Part shown: positions 1 to 45,157 of the stretch, one piece after another
Layout: each line of letters begins with the position of its first letter
How positions within the stretch are numbered: position 1 is the stretch's first letter
NCBI GenBank assembly: GCA_013265495.1
Contig: MU057989.1
Location: 1,131,513-1,193,512 of the forward strand
Direction: 5' to 3'
Source: Vicugna vicugna
Lineage: Eukaryota
DNA: 62,000 bases
Notes under the pieces: model-generated
Seen by the model: only the letters and a program-made list of their open reading frames with translations
Told to the model about the DNA's origin: nothing
The model's database searches: none
Program-made: the position numbers and the translations under genes

Positions 1-854
1 GGGGAGGGGGTGGCAGCAACCTTAGCTGGGGCAGCTTGATCAGTTGATCAGTCTGTGGACTGTGGGCCCCCTAATTGGGAGGAGGGCAAGGGAGGGACAG
101 GGAGGCAATGAACCACATTGCCCTGAGATCAGCCCTCAACTTAGGAGACACCAGAGCAGGTGGCCTTGCACTGAATTCACTGAAGTCAGCATCCTCTCCA
201 GCTTGACCCCATCAGTGCTGGCGTGGGTTAACTCATACTCCCTTTTTGCTTATTCCCAACCTCCCACTAACACTCCCAGGGCCCACTTCTTTTCCTTTTG
301 GAAACATGCTCACACAGAGACATTAAAGTGTGTCGAGAAGGGCACAGGTTCAGAGAGTCAGGGACAGATTTGGGTTTCCTTGAACACAGGTACCAGCAGG
401 AAGCTAGGGTCATGCCATGGCGGCACCGCCTTCTGCAGAAGCCAAGGGGAGGCACCATCCTCATGTTCAGGGCCGACCTTTGGCTCCTCACCTGAGCCTC
501 CAGGTGCCAGGTGGGCAGCTGCGTGGCTGAGGGAGGGGACCCAATGGTGTGAACACCTACCTGAGCCTCCTCTGAGAGATTTAGGGACAGAAGCTTCAGT
601 AACTCCTACTAATGGGCTACTGCCTTGGAAGCCAGGGGAAATGACAAATTCGAGTGCTGAGGAGAGAATGTGACTTCAGGTTTCCAATTATACAACAGGA
701 AGCCTAGTTTCGGAGCCGGCTGAAGGTCACCTTTGACACTGGGAGGCAAGAAGCAGGAGGGAGCTTCAGAAGGTGCCTGGAAGGGGTCCAGCTCAAGGGT
801 GGGCAATTTATAAATTTTCAGTCTATCTCTAAGAAACTTAGAAATTAGTACACA

Positions 855-1215
855 CAATGAGAGGAGACGGGAGGACGGAGAGGCAGAGTACAGAGGATTT
901 CCAGGGCAGCGAAACTACCCTGCATGACACTATAGAGATGGACAGGTGTCATTACACATTTCTACGTGTCCAAACCTGTAGATGCACAACACCGAGAGTG
1001 AACGCCACTGTCAACTCTGGACTCAGGGTGACAGTGACGTGTCCTCAGTGTAGGTTCATCAATTGTAATGGAGGTACCACCTGGTGGGGCGTTGAGTAAT
1101 GGGGGAGGCTGTGCGGGGTGGGGGGTGCAGGGGATGTGCAGGAAATTTCTGCCTACCTCTCAGTTTTGCAGTGAACCTAAAACTGCTCTTTAAAAAAACT
1201 GTCTTAATAAAAAAA
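855..1215 (+). mobile_element. Old L1 (L1MC-like) 3' end
   Basis: Typical L1M 3' UTR phrases (CAGTGTAGGTTCATCAATTGTAA, GTGAACCTAAAACTGCTCT) and an A-rich end. Confidence 0.7.
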
Positions 1216-1306
1216 ATCAGGACACTCTACTAGATAAAAAGAAGAAAAAGAGATATACTGCTTGGAGACAACCAGAAAGTATGAGGTGTTACAGAGAGAT
1301 TGGAAC

Positions 1307-1312
1307 TTTATT
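1307..1312 (-). terminator. Probable SRL polyadenylation signal (AATAAA); 3' UTR about 2.4 kb
   Basis: TTTATT on +, the first such hexamer I found beyond the stop, followed on - by U/GU-rich sequence (CTTTCTGGTTGTCT). Confidence 0.7.
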
Positions 1313-3694
1313 GAGACTTTCTCCCTGATGAACTCAGAATGGAAAGGGCAGTGGAAAGGTTCTGCTTTGGAGAGGAACAGCAACTGCTCAGGCACAAACA
1401 TTTACAGATGCTTCTCCCAGGGGATCTCTGGATCCTGAATCTCCCCCCTAGTTCTCCACTACCCCACCCCCCAACCCAAAGAGTCAGAATTCTGCTTGAA
1501 ATCCACCTCCAAAGAGCAGGGCACAAAACAGCGCTTAAAGCCCCAGCTGGTTGACTGACAGGCGTGCGGGCAGTTAGAGAGACGGGAAGCCAAGGAGTGA
1601 ACCTTGGAGCAGGAGTAAGAAACAGAAAACGGATGGAAAAAAGACAAGGGGGAAAGGATCGCTGACAATGTCACCGCCCCCACCCCCGAAAATGTAAATA
1701 TTGTGTGAATGTACTCATCTCATTCCAGCTGCTTCCCCCAAAGCAGTGGTGACCTTATTAGCAGCTATAAAAATGCCCAGTTCTGCACTTTTTCTTTCCC
1801 CTTCTGCACTGGGAAAAACAGATATGCCACGGGTAGCTGAGAGCAAGAAGGGAGGGCAGCCCCTCGAGAGTATAAAGGATGCAGAGATGAGGAAGGGTTG
1901 GTTTTTAACGAGAAGGAAGCAGCTCCCCAGGAACTGGTCACCAAGCTCCTTGGATGCCCCTGGCAGACTTTTCTTCTCTGGTTGGCTCTGGTCTTAGAAA
2001 CAATGTCCTGGAGGCTCTGGTCTCCTTGTGGGTGGTTCCGGGTCCTCAGCAAAGCCACAAGAGGCAGCCTCTGCTGCAGCACGCGCCGGAGTGTTAATAA
2101 TTCCAAGAAACGGGAATTCTGGGATTACAGTTCTCCTGGTGGACCTAATCCGATCGCCGATTTGCTTCCACTGCGTAATCCTCAGAGCACCTCTCCCTCT
2201 GCCTTGTCTTCAGTTTCCTTCTGGTCTGGGTGACTCCCTGAAGCCAGTAGGTCCTGACCCCTGCCCCGTAGTGAAGTCCCCCGGGACAGCTCACTCCCAG
2301 GAGGGCCTGGCTCACTTGTCACTCAGCGGAGTCCCTCTGGGCAGCTGGGCCAGGTCTCCCGGACTTACAGACTCTTCAGCCACTCACTCTCCATCAAAAG
2401 GCTTCTCCCCTCCAGCATCCTCCCTCCGTCCCTGCTGCCCCCCACCGAGAGGGCTGGCCAGGTGGGCAGGACCCTCAGAGCCAGTTCTTCCTCTGTGCCC
2501 TCCGGCCTCTGTCATCTCCCTAATCTCTCTTGGACAACGCAATACACACACATTCGCACTCATCGGTATTTGAAGCCAGGCTCCCCCGTGGTGCAATCAG
2601 TGGGAATTAGCAACAAGTTCAGGTGGGAACTGAAGGTCAGGCCTGGATTGCCACCGATACTCGGAGGCTGGTGCGGGTTCTGAGTCCCAGGAAATGACTC
2701 CGAGTTTCAAGTGCACATCAGGGAACAGAGAAGGGAAAGGAAAGCCATGTGATGAAAACCAGGAAGGAACGACCCTTCTGCCGAGTGTCTCCGCGGAGAT
2801 ATTGGGGCCACAGCAAGGAGCAAGGTCTCCACTGTCCCCTCTGAAACCCAAAGCCTTTGGGGTCTGAGTTTTCCAAGACATGCAATAGACAAAGACACAC
2901 TGCAAACCAATTAACCCTCTGAGCCCTGCCACGACTTCCACTGAAGTCGCTTCCAAGAAGTGAATTACCTGAATGCACGGAAGAGTCACCCTCCTCCTGG
3001 AGCTGAGAAAGGGACCGAGCTTCCCAGCTGGCTTAGAAGATGATGCCAGAGAAATGGCCAGGGTTGGGAGCAGGGGGCAGATCCTTCCAGCCAGGAACTC
3101 TAGTTCTCTCTTGGTGTTCTGGTGTCCTGAACCGCTCCCCGCCCCTTGTGAAAACAGGGAAGAGGGCCTGGGGGTAGGCTCAAACCCCAGGTTGATTCAG
3201 ACCCAAGAGACTGTCTCCTAGGGAGTCAACCCAAGCTCAGGAGGCAGCTGAGGGCTGGGGAGCAACAGAGGACTGTGTGTGGAGGAGCAGACAGGCCTGT
3301 GGAACTCAAGTCTTCTCTGTTTTCCCAGCTTATAAGGGACAAAGGAATTTCAGCTGCTTTTAGCTTATTTGGCACTCATGAATTCAGTTTACCCTAGAAT
3401 TTAGCTGCTCTCTGACCTTCTGAGATAAGGACCCAGGGAAAGCAGGTGCGGCCCGACGTGCCTCAATCAGGCGCCGTAATTGAAGCAACAAGACAAGCAA
3501 CGCGATAATTCACAGTTTCCACTTTCCTCCCTCCACCCACACCTTCCCCCACCACTGGCCTCCGTGAACCCCCAAATCTCCAATGCGTAATGGTTCTTGC
3601 CAGTGTGGCTCAAAGGGTTAACAAACCAGGACTTCTCAGACAGTTCAGATGCAAGCTCATTCACCAACAGGAACCCAAGGATGGCTGCGGCAAC

Positions 3695-36006
<32,312 letters not shown>

Positions 36007-36025
36007 GGTGACTGCCAAGAGAGCC

Positions 36026-36182
36026 CAGCTGCTCCTCGCCTCTATTTATAGGGCAGGTGGCAGCGCGGGGCGGGAGAGAAGGGTCACACAGTCACTGGGG
36101 CAACTGGGAGGACGTGATGGGGAAGCCGGGCAGACCCCGCAAGGCGCACAGGAGGCGAGCTCTGCCACTGCTGCGCCAGCTG
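36026..36182 (-). promoter_or_regulatory. SRL core promoter: CTATAAATAG (TATA box and MEF2 consensus, 36042-36051) with E-boxes CAGCTG 36026, CAGGTG 36054, CAGCTG 36177
   Basis: Motifs read directly, 20-176 nt upstream of the SRL ATG. Confidence 0.8.
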
Positions 36183-36504
36183 TCAGGCCCCAGAAGGCAG
36201 GGCCCCGCCTGGATTCTCTCCCCCAGCGGCCCTGGGGCCATGTGACCGGGTCACAGGGTGGAGGTAGCGGAGAAGAACTGGGGCGTCTTTTGGGTCAGGT
36301 CTGAGTTGGGCACCAGGTCTTCCCAGCATCTGCTGGAACTTGAACCAAAGTCTGGGTGAGACAGTGACCTTCAGACCTTCACGTGCCTCGGTTTTGTGAA
36401 TGCAGAAGTCGTAGGACAGAGCAAGAGAGGTCCTCTTTGACAGACACTGACACTCGTCTCAGCCCCTCCCCGAAGCTCAGGTCTTCTATGTGATTTCCAT
36501 TTAA

Positions 36505-38035
36505 AATGGCTTCACTGAGGCACCACCGACACCCAGCAAACAGCATATTCAAAGTGCACAGTTCAATATGTAACCATAACCAAAACAGTGAACAGATTCC
36601 TCACTCCCAAATTTTCCTCATGTCTCTTGATAATCCCTCCCTCCTGCCCCTCCCTAGGCATCCACTGATCTGCTTTCTGTCACTAGACATGAGTTCGCAT
36701 TTCCTAGATTTTGATATAAATGCAATCATACCACATGTGCTTTTTTATCTGGCTGCTTTCACTCGGTGTAACTGTGCTGAGATTCATCCCCATAGCGGCG
36801 GGGACGGGGAGGCCACGCCTTCTGACTCTGAGTGGTATCCCGCTGCCTGGCCGGGCAACAGTTTGTCATCTATTCACCTACGAGAGACTTTTGGGTTGTT
36901 TCCGAGTTTTGACTGTTACTAATAAAGCTGCTTTGAAAACTTGTATAGAATTCATTACGACACACACTTTCATTTCTCTTGGGTAAATACCTAAGGGCAG
37001 AATGGCTGGGTCACATGGTAAGCATCTGTTTAACTTTTTCCTAAGATGACTGTACCACTTTACATTCCCACCACCAGTTCCTCTACAGCCTTGCCAACGA
37101 TTGGTATGGTCAGTCTTTAAAATTTTAGTCATTCTTACAAGTGTTACATCCTGCAGTTTTATTTTGCATTTTCCTAACGACTAACGATATTCAACATGTT
37201 CCCAAGCGTGTATCTGTCATTCACTTCTTTGGTGGGTCTTTGATGCAGTGCCTGTTCAAACCTTTTGCCCATTTTTTATGGATTGTTTTCTTTTACTGTG
37301 TTTTGAGGGTTCTTTATACATGCTGGCAACCAGCCCTTAATCAGACACATCATTCGTAAATATTTCCTCCCAGGCTGTGCTTTGTCTTTCATTCACAATA
37401 AGTGTCTTTCAAAGAGCAGACTCTTCATTTTTATCAAGTCTCATTTATCAATTTGTTCCTTTATGAATTATGCTTTTGGTGTCAGACTTAAGAACTCTGC
37501 CTAACCTAAGGTCACAAAGATTGTTTCCTGTTTTCTTCTAGAAGTGTGATCGTTTCAGGTTTTACACTTAGATCTATGATTCATTTTCTGCTAATCTCTC
37601 TCAATATGTTGCAAGATGTAGACCAAAATTTAGATTTTTACAAATGGATATCCAGTTGTTCCACCACAATTTGTTAAAAAGACCATCCTATCACCACTGT
37701 ATTGCCTTTGCACCTTTTTTTGAAAATCAGTTGACCATATAAATGCGTAACTATATCTGGACTATATTCTGCTCCGCTGATCTATGACATGTCTAACCCC
37801 TGACTAGTACCTCGCTGCCTTGATCACCATGGCTTCCTAATAAATCTTGAAAACAGGTAGTGTGAATCCTCCAACTTTGATCTTTTATTAAGTTGTTTTG
37901 ACTGTTCTAGTTTCTTTACACTTGCACATGAATTTTGGAATCAGCCTGTCAATTGTTTTTTAAAAAGCCTTCTTGGATTTTAATTGGGATTATGATGAAT
38001 CTATAGATCAGTCTGAAGAGAACTGACAAGTTATC
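36505..38035 (-). mobile_element. Old L1 fragment (ORF2 3' part and 3' UTR)
   Basis: AT-rich, with antisense L1 phrases (TTTCATTTCTCTTGGGTAAATACCTA, GGATATCCAGTTGTTCCA, GAATCTATAGATCA). Confidence 0.85.
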
Positions 38036-38039
38036 AAAT

Positions 38040-38402
38040 GCAACGGTTAATTTTATGTAACAACTTGACTAGGACGTGGAGCCCAGTTGTTTGGTGTAGA
38101 TGTTGCTGTGCGGGTGCTTTTTAGACATGCTGAATATTTAAACCTGTAGCCTCTGAGTCAAGCAGATCACCCTCCCTAGTGAGGGTGGGCCTTGTCCAAT
38201 CAGCTGAAGGCCTTAAGAGAAAACACTGAGGTTCCCCAAGCAGGAAGGAATTCTGCCTTCAGACTACAGACTGCAACATCGACTTGCCTGACTTTCCAGA
38301 CTGCCGGCCTCCCAACAGTGGATTTCCGACTTTCTGCACAACCTCCCTCTGCGAATACACATCCCACTGGCTCTGTTTCTTGAGAGACCCTGACTGACAC
38401 AC
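38040..38402 (+). mobile_element. ERVL solo LTR (MLT2-like)
   Basis: GGTTAATTTTATGT..CAACTTGACTAGG...CCAATCAGCTGAAGGCCTTAAGAG...GAGACCCTGACTGACAC. Confidence 0.8.
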
Positions 38403-38879
38403 TGACACTGAGTCTTCCAATCCATGTTCAGGGCTGGGGGAGCTCCCTGTGAGGGAGGAGGCAGCGCTCAGTCACAAGAGAGAAACGGACTTCGAAGCCA
38501 GCGGAGCATCTGCTCTCAGAGACTTCGCACGGACGAGAGGCAGGATGTCACCATCTCACAGTGGAGCCCGAGGCTCAGGGCTGAAGGGATATCTTCAAAA
38601 TTACCAACTAGGAACAGAGCTGCTGGGTTGGAACCTAGATCTGCCTGCCTCACAAACCCGTGGCTTCTCCCATCCATCAGGTGACCTCCATCTGGGGAGG
38701 AGAGGAATCAGCACATTGGGGCAGAGGGTGGAGCACTGGGGGGCAGGGCGTGGAGAACAGACAGACGTCAGGGGAACCACAGTAACACAAACCAGGCAGA
38801 CAGGGAAGAGTGAGCCCAGCACTGCTTAAAGGGTTAACTGCATTTGATTTAAAGACGCCCTGTTTGGCTCAGACAGATC

Positions 38880-39790
38880 CTTGTACATCCGTGGTCACAG
38901 CCGAGATGATGCACAACAGCCAAAAGGTGAAAACAGCCCAGGGGCCCATCAGCAGATGAATGGATAAACCAAATGTGGCCTCCCCATACAAGGGGATATT
39001 ATTCAGCCATCACAGAAAAATGAACTTCTACCACGGGCCACAACACGGATAAACCCTGAACACCTTATGCTGAGTGAAACAAAGGATAATGTATCAGTTT
39101 GCTGGGGCTGCAGTAAAGCCAGTATCAAAGCAAGTGTCACAAGAAAGCGAGTCACATGTATTTTCTGGTTTCCCAGTACATAAAAGGTTATGTTTACATT
39201 ATCCTGTCGTCCACTAAGTGTGTAACAGCATTGTGTCTAAAAAACCCAAAGTACACACCTTAATTAAAAATACTTTATTGCTTAAAAATAAATGCTAACC
39301 ATCATCGGAGACTTCAGCGAGTCATGATTCTTTGTGCAGTAGTAACATCAAAGATCACGGATCACAGATCACCGTAACAAATACAATAATGATGAAAAAC
39401 TTTGAAATATTATGAGAATTACCAAAATGTGACCCAGAGACAAGAAGTAAGCAAATGCTGTTGGAAAAATGGCACTAACAGACTTGCTCGAGGCAGGGTG
39501 GTCACAAACCTTCAGTCTGTGAAAAATTCTATTAAGTGAATGCATAGAGACAGAAAGGAGATAAGAGGTTCCCAGGGATGGGTGCAGGGGTGAACGGGGA
39601 GTTAATGTTTAATGGGTACAGAGTTTCTATTTAGAATGATGAAAAAGTTGTGTAGATGGATGGTAGTGATGGTCGCATGGCATTATGAATGTACTTAATG
39701 CCACTGAACTGTACACTAAAAACAGTAATTTTTATGTTAAATATAGATATATTTTTACCACCACTTTTAAAAATTGGAAAATAAAAGAAG
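38880..39790 (+). mobile_element. Old L1 3' end interrupted by a Tigger element
   Basis: L1 3' phrases at 38900-39080 resume at 39540-39780. Confidence 0.75.
39110..39530 (-). mobile_element. Internally deleted Tigger1-like DNA transposon
   Basis: AAAGCGAGTCACA...TACTTTATTGC joined to CAAAGATCACGGATCACAGATCACC...TGCTGTTGGAAAAATGGC, resembling the two terminal regions of Tigger1. Confidence 0.75.
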
Positions 39791-39828
39791 ACACTCTGTT
39801 TGGAAAATGAGAGAGATTAAAAAGGAGG

Positions 39829-40445
39829 GTCAACAATCCCACTCCTGGGCATATATCCAAAGGGAGCCTTAATTCAAAAGACACCTGCATCCCCATGTTC
39901 ACAGCAGCACTATTTACAGTAGCCAAGACATGGAAACAACCTAAATGTCCATCAACAGATGACTGCATAAAGAAGTTGTAGTATATTTATACAATGGAAT
40001 ACTACTCAGCCATAAAAAAGAATAAAATAATGCCATTTGCAGCAACATGGATGGACCTGGAGAATGTCATTCTAAGTGAAGTAAGTCAGAAAGAGAAAGA
40101 AAAATACCATACGATATTACTCATATGTGGAGTCTGAAAAAAAAGACAAATATATTTATATATAGAACAGAAACATAGAATACAGACTTGTGGTTGCCAG
40201 TGGGGAGGTAGATGGGAAGGGATAAACTGGGAGTTCAAGATTTTCAGATACTGACTGGTATATATAAAATAAACAAGTTTATACTGTACAGCACAGAGAA
40301 ATATATTCAATATCTTGTAGTAGCTCATGGTGAAAAAGAATATGAAAATGAATATATGTATATTCATGTATGACTGAAGCATGGTGCCGTACACCAGAAA
40401 CTGACACAACACTGTAAACTGACTATACCTCAGTAAAAAAAGAAA
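39829..40445 (+). mobile_element. Younger 5'-truncated L1 (ORF2 end, 3' UTR, A tail)
   Basis: Well-preserved CAATCCCACTCCTGGGCATATATCC...GGAATACTACTCAGCCATAAAAAAGAAT...GACTATACCTCAGTAAAAAA. Confidence 0.88.
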
Positions 40446-42534
40446 GAAAGAACCTGAAACACTGAGAGACTAAATAAATTGTCTAAATTCACAAAAAAAA
40501 GAAAAAAAAAAGGCTCGACTTAATGGAAGATAAACTCTCAGGTCATCAGTTCCTAAACAGACTTTACTTAGCCCCAGGAAACCTCCACACTGGTTTCACC
40601 CCCCAGTCACCCACCACTGCTGCCTTTCCAGAGCGAGGACCTCATCTTTCCCAGACTCAGTCTTTCGACAGAAGCTGCCAGAGCCCTCAGCCTAAGGGTC
40701 CTCACCCTCAAAGGGTTCGGGCCCTCTTTGGCAAGCGACTCACTAGATATTTCCACACCTCAAACAGTTCCTCGAGGGCTGGGAAATCCAAGTCAGACCC
40801 AGACAACGCAGGCTCCAGTGTCTGGACCTGTTCCAGACTCAACATGAACAGTGGGGCAAGAAGCCTTCACCAAGAGGACTCTCTCCTTTACACCAGGAAT
40901 TAGAGGCCATCCCCCTTAGAAGGACCCAAATTTCCACCCAGTGCAGGAACCCCCCTGCAGTAACTGACAGAGATCTCTGCTTGAACACCTCCAGTGACAG
41001 GGAACTCACTACCAGAGGGCACTAACTCTGCTGTTTTGACTACGATGTTGTGAGGCCCACAGCTAGCCTCAGTGCTCAGATCTCCTCCCCCAGCCCCGCC
41101 ACCTCCGCTGACCTCAAACAAGTGGCCCCCCCATTAACCCTAAGTGCCTGTCAACCCCAGCATGATTTCTTCTCCCTACAAGGGAACAGATTTTCCTCAA
41201 TTCCCTTTCTGAATCTTCAGAGCATCCTCTTTATCTCCCACCGGGCGAGAGGCAACTGGAGAGAGACAGCTAATCTCTGGAACGTGTACAGCACCCGGGC
41301 CTCCTCCAGTCACTTTGCTGTTTCCTCTTTAATTTGATCCTGAGGCCGCCATGGAGACAGGCTGCAGCAGCCGGGGGAAACTGTGACCCAGGCCCCCTAA
41401 TTCAGGAAACTCTGCAGCTGTCACTCTGAGCTTCTTTTCAACACCAGGGGCGTGGAGTGGGGGAGGGCCGGCTTGGGGAGCACATTCCTTTCTACAGCTG
41501 CCGGATTTAGGGCCCATCTTGCCCCCACCACCCCCAATCCTACCCCCTCCTCTCGGTCAGCACACGCTCATGTCAATCAACACAGAAACCTGCAACTCAG
41601 CAGGGCAAGAGAAGAGAGGGGACCCAGGCAGGGGACAGCACGAGCCCCACCCCCAGCCCAGGACTTACAGGGCAAGGGAGGGCAAGCAGAACTCCAGTGA
41701 GAGTGAAAAAGACAGATGTCACCAGGACATTAGCACCCAGGAAAGCACAGCAGGACCAAGAAGGGACAGTGGGATGGGCTCGAGTGGGACAGGGGAGAGC
41801 CAGAGACAACAAAATCTGAGGCTAAGCCAGCCAGCTCCAAAAGGTGGCTGGAGGATTTGCATGTGCTTTATGTACTGGTCTGCAGCCAGTTAACCAACCC
41901 CTAAGGAGGCCAAGGTCACAGGAAGGCGCCCCTCTCACCTTTGTGCTAGACAGCCCTTCAAACCTGTCACAGGACTGGGGCAATTGCTCTACTGCCAGGG
42001 ATGACCCCGAATCAGAACACAAGCAGCATTTATTGATCATAACGCACCTTGTAGCAGAGGAGCACGAAGATGGCGCTTAAATATTCATAAAGTACAGCAA
42101 GAAAGCAAGAACTGGAAGTAATAGGAGCTGAAAATCGCACAAAGGCAGGCACACAAAATGGAGCCATTCTTAAGGCTGATACAAAAGCAAAGGGCACTCA
42201 AAACGTAAGTCCTCCCACGTGTGTAACTTGATCACTTGCCAATTCCCGGTGTCCTTAAAATAAGAACAAACCAACTGTACAGGAGAAGTGAAATTATTTC
42301 TGCTACTGAGACTCGACAGGAATTTCTTCTGAGGATCTTCATAAAGAGGACACGGTGTAATGCGATGACCCCTGGGATCAGAGCAGAGGTACATTTCCCA
42401 TGAGGTTTAATCTCTTAATAAACACCCTTAAAATAGGGTCAGGGAGGCCACCAGGAACCAAGAAGGCCCAGACCCCTTCCAAAGAAACCACCACCAAAGA
42501 CAGTCAGTGGCACATGCTTAGAATGTTTCTCAGG

Positions 42535-42615
42535 GCTGGGGGATATAGCTCAGTGGTAGAGCTCATGCTTAGCGTGCATGAGGTCCTGGGTTCAGTTCCC
42601 AGTAACAACAAAAAA
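42535..42615 (+). mobile_element. tRNA-derived SINE (Vic-1-like)
   Basis: TATAGCTCAGTGGTAGAGCTCATGCTTAGCGTGCATGAGGTCCTGGGTTCAGTTCCCAGTA followed by an A tail. Confidence 0.85.
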
Positions 42616-42669
42616 CGTCCCTCCTCCTCCACTGACAGTTTACCACCCCACACGCCACTGGCAGAATCA

Positions 42670-43445
42670 ACAGCCTGGCACATTTGGGAGACAGTACCTA
42701 TTAAAATATATTCATAACAGCCATAAGTTGGAAACAACCTAAATGTCCATCGTTAGGTGACTGGCTAAACAAACTGTGGTATATTCATATAATGCAGTAT
42801 GCTTAGCAATAAGAATGAACAAACTGCTGATATATAAAAACATACATGAATCTCAGAGAATTATATTAGGAGACGCCAGACAAAAAGAGCATTGTATATA
42901 CTGTACAATTCGTATGAAGATCTAAAATAAGCAAAACGAATCTACAATGATAGAAATTAAAACCATGGTGAGGTTCCACTCTACACCTATCAGATTGTTT
43001 GGTGGGGGGGCGGGGGTAGGGATATAAAATAATCTGACAATATCAAGTGCTGTTGAGACGATGCAGAACAACTCCAATTCTCAAAAACTGCTGCTGCAAA
43101 ACGGGATACAACTGTACACACACATACATGAGTGAGAGCAAGTAAAACATAAAATTTGAATAAGCCCTGTGGCCTGCACCGAAAGCAACTACCCCTGGTT
43201 TCCATGTTGTAGTTTAGGTATGCAAGATGTTAGCACTGAGGGAGGCTGGGTGAACAGCGGACAGGACTTCCCTGTACATTTCTACAATTATTTCCAAATT
43301 CAAAATAAAAGTCTTAAAAAATAAACCACTTAAGGGCTTGGTGGGTGCTGGCAACTTGGATGTATAATCAGTTTGTGAAAACTCACGGAGCTAAACACAT
43401 CGGTTATAAGCCCTCTTGTAGTATACGTTATACTTCAATAAAAAG
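42670..43445 (+). mobile_element. Old L1 fragments
   Basis: TGGAAACAACCTAAATGTCCATC...TATACTTCAATAAAAAG. Confidence 0.65.
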
Positions 43446-43619
43446 GTTTTCAAAACAGGTTTTGTTGAACACTGCATTGATCGTGTCTCTCCTAGACCCT
43501 GCCCCTTCACAAAAAATAAAGTCCAAGCTTCCTAGCGTGACCTGGAAGACCTCTACGATCTGCTTCCCACATCTTGTACACTTCTTCATCCTCCAAGGCA
43601 GTGTCCACACTGCCCGAAG

Positions 43620-44420
43620 GACACCGGGCCGTCTGCGTACCCCATGCCTGGCTCCCACGTGCCCCCCATGCAAGGACCCGCGCCGCCCCACTCCTTGTCC
43701 AGGACTCCCAGACTCGGCAGAAAGGGAAAATGCGGTATTTCGTGAGTAGTTCCCTACTCACCACCTGTGCTGAAATGACAACGTTTCGGACCCTGTGGGT
43801 TAACGTTTTAAGTAAACGTGTTATTAAAATTAATGTCACCTGTTCCTTTCCGACCGCGGCCTCTAGGCCACAGTAAGTCACGTGTGCGGCGCGCCGGACT
43901 TCCGCCCGGCAGCGCGGGCGCCACCACCCGGGGCGGAAGAGCGCGCGGGGAAGTGGGCGAGCGCCTCCGCACGGGGGACACGCAGGAGCCGCACATTTGC
44001 AGCGTTTGCATGCGGAGCCTGCGTGGGAGTGAGGAGGGGAGCCGCGGGCGGAGAGGGGGCCGCAGGCGGGGCCAGAAGAGCAGTCCGGAGCACGGGGGAG
44101 CGCCTGAGGCGCCAAAGAGCATGCGCACCGAGGGACGGGGCGGGGCGAGTCCGGGAAGGGGCGGGGTCGTGGCCGCGCCCCTGACTTCCACCGCCTGCTG
44201 GTGAGACCGCCTATGGTCGCTGGGCGCGCCACAGGTCGAAGGAGGGGTTATGCCTCAGGCCCCGCCCCCGGGCCCCCACTGTGACCTATAGGAACTGAGC
44301 AGTCCCGCAGGCACCAGTAGGAGGCGGAGCCTCCGCCCTTGCTGGGCCAGACGTCCTGGTTCCACAGCGCCCTCTGTTGATCCCTTTAGGGGCTGCATGG
44401 AAACCGTCGGACGCGTCTTG
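43620..44420. promoter_or_regulatory. Orphan CpG-island promoter between the TFAP4 3' end and the SRL 5' end
   Basis: CpG-dense; GTCACGTG 43877, ACTTCCG 43898, GCGCCAAA 44109, GCATGCGCA 44119, several GGGCGG boxes. Confidence 0.85.
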
Positions 44421-45157
44421 CACCTAGCCAAAAGGGGTCGCTCTGCTGACCTCGGGAAGGGGTCTCCCTGCCCAAATTCCAGCTAAGCCCCTCCCCTCAA
44501 ACACGTATTTAATTTATGTAAATATATCTAGATATACCCAAAGAGAGGAAATTACAGTCATGAGAGAAACTCAAAAAGCTAAATATGTAATATCATATAC
44601 TGTAAACGGATATTTACACTATAGGACACTTTGGGATAGGGTGTGGTTGCCAGGGTCTGGGTGGACCACAAAGGGACATGGGGGAACACTGGGGATGAAG
44701 AAACTCATTTATATCTTGATTGTGGTGATGGTTACACAACTGTATACATTTATCAAAACTCCTACAACCAAAAACTAAAAAGTATGAATTTTACCGAACA
44801 TAAATTACTTTAATTCTTTTTAAATTCTGAACAACGAAAAGTTGTCAGGGATTCAGAGGGAAGAATGGAGAGAGACTAAACAATGGGTAAGGGGTTCATT
44901 TCTGAGTGATAGAAGCGTTCTTGAACTAGACAGAGGTTGCACAGCAGTGTGAATGTAGTAAATGCCACTGAATTGTTATTTTAGTTAGTTAGTTATTGAG
45001 AAAATTTAGAGAGAGGTACATTGCATAGATAGGGTGCAGGCTGTCTCAGAAGGCAAGAGAAAGGCTAAGAGGTGCAGGGGTTGGGTGTTTAAAAGTAGAT
45101 ACACACTCCATAGACAGTTTGGGCCATCTTGGAAGGTGAGGGAACAAGAGGGGCCTT

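Noticed and set aside
42541..42603. tRNA-like sequences with A and B boxes (also at 4.7, 4.9, 45.3, 55.0 and 61.0 kb)
   Set aside because: They have A tails, TSDs and divergence between copies, so they are SINEs rather than tRNA genes.
43507..44232. 241-aa minus-strand ORF over the orphan CpG island
   Set aside because: Composition is typical of GC-rich noise and it probably starts upstream of any TSS. A micropeptide cannot be excluded without PhyloCSF or Ribo-seq.
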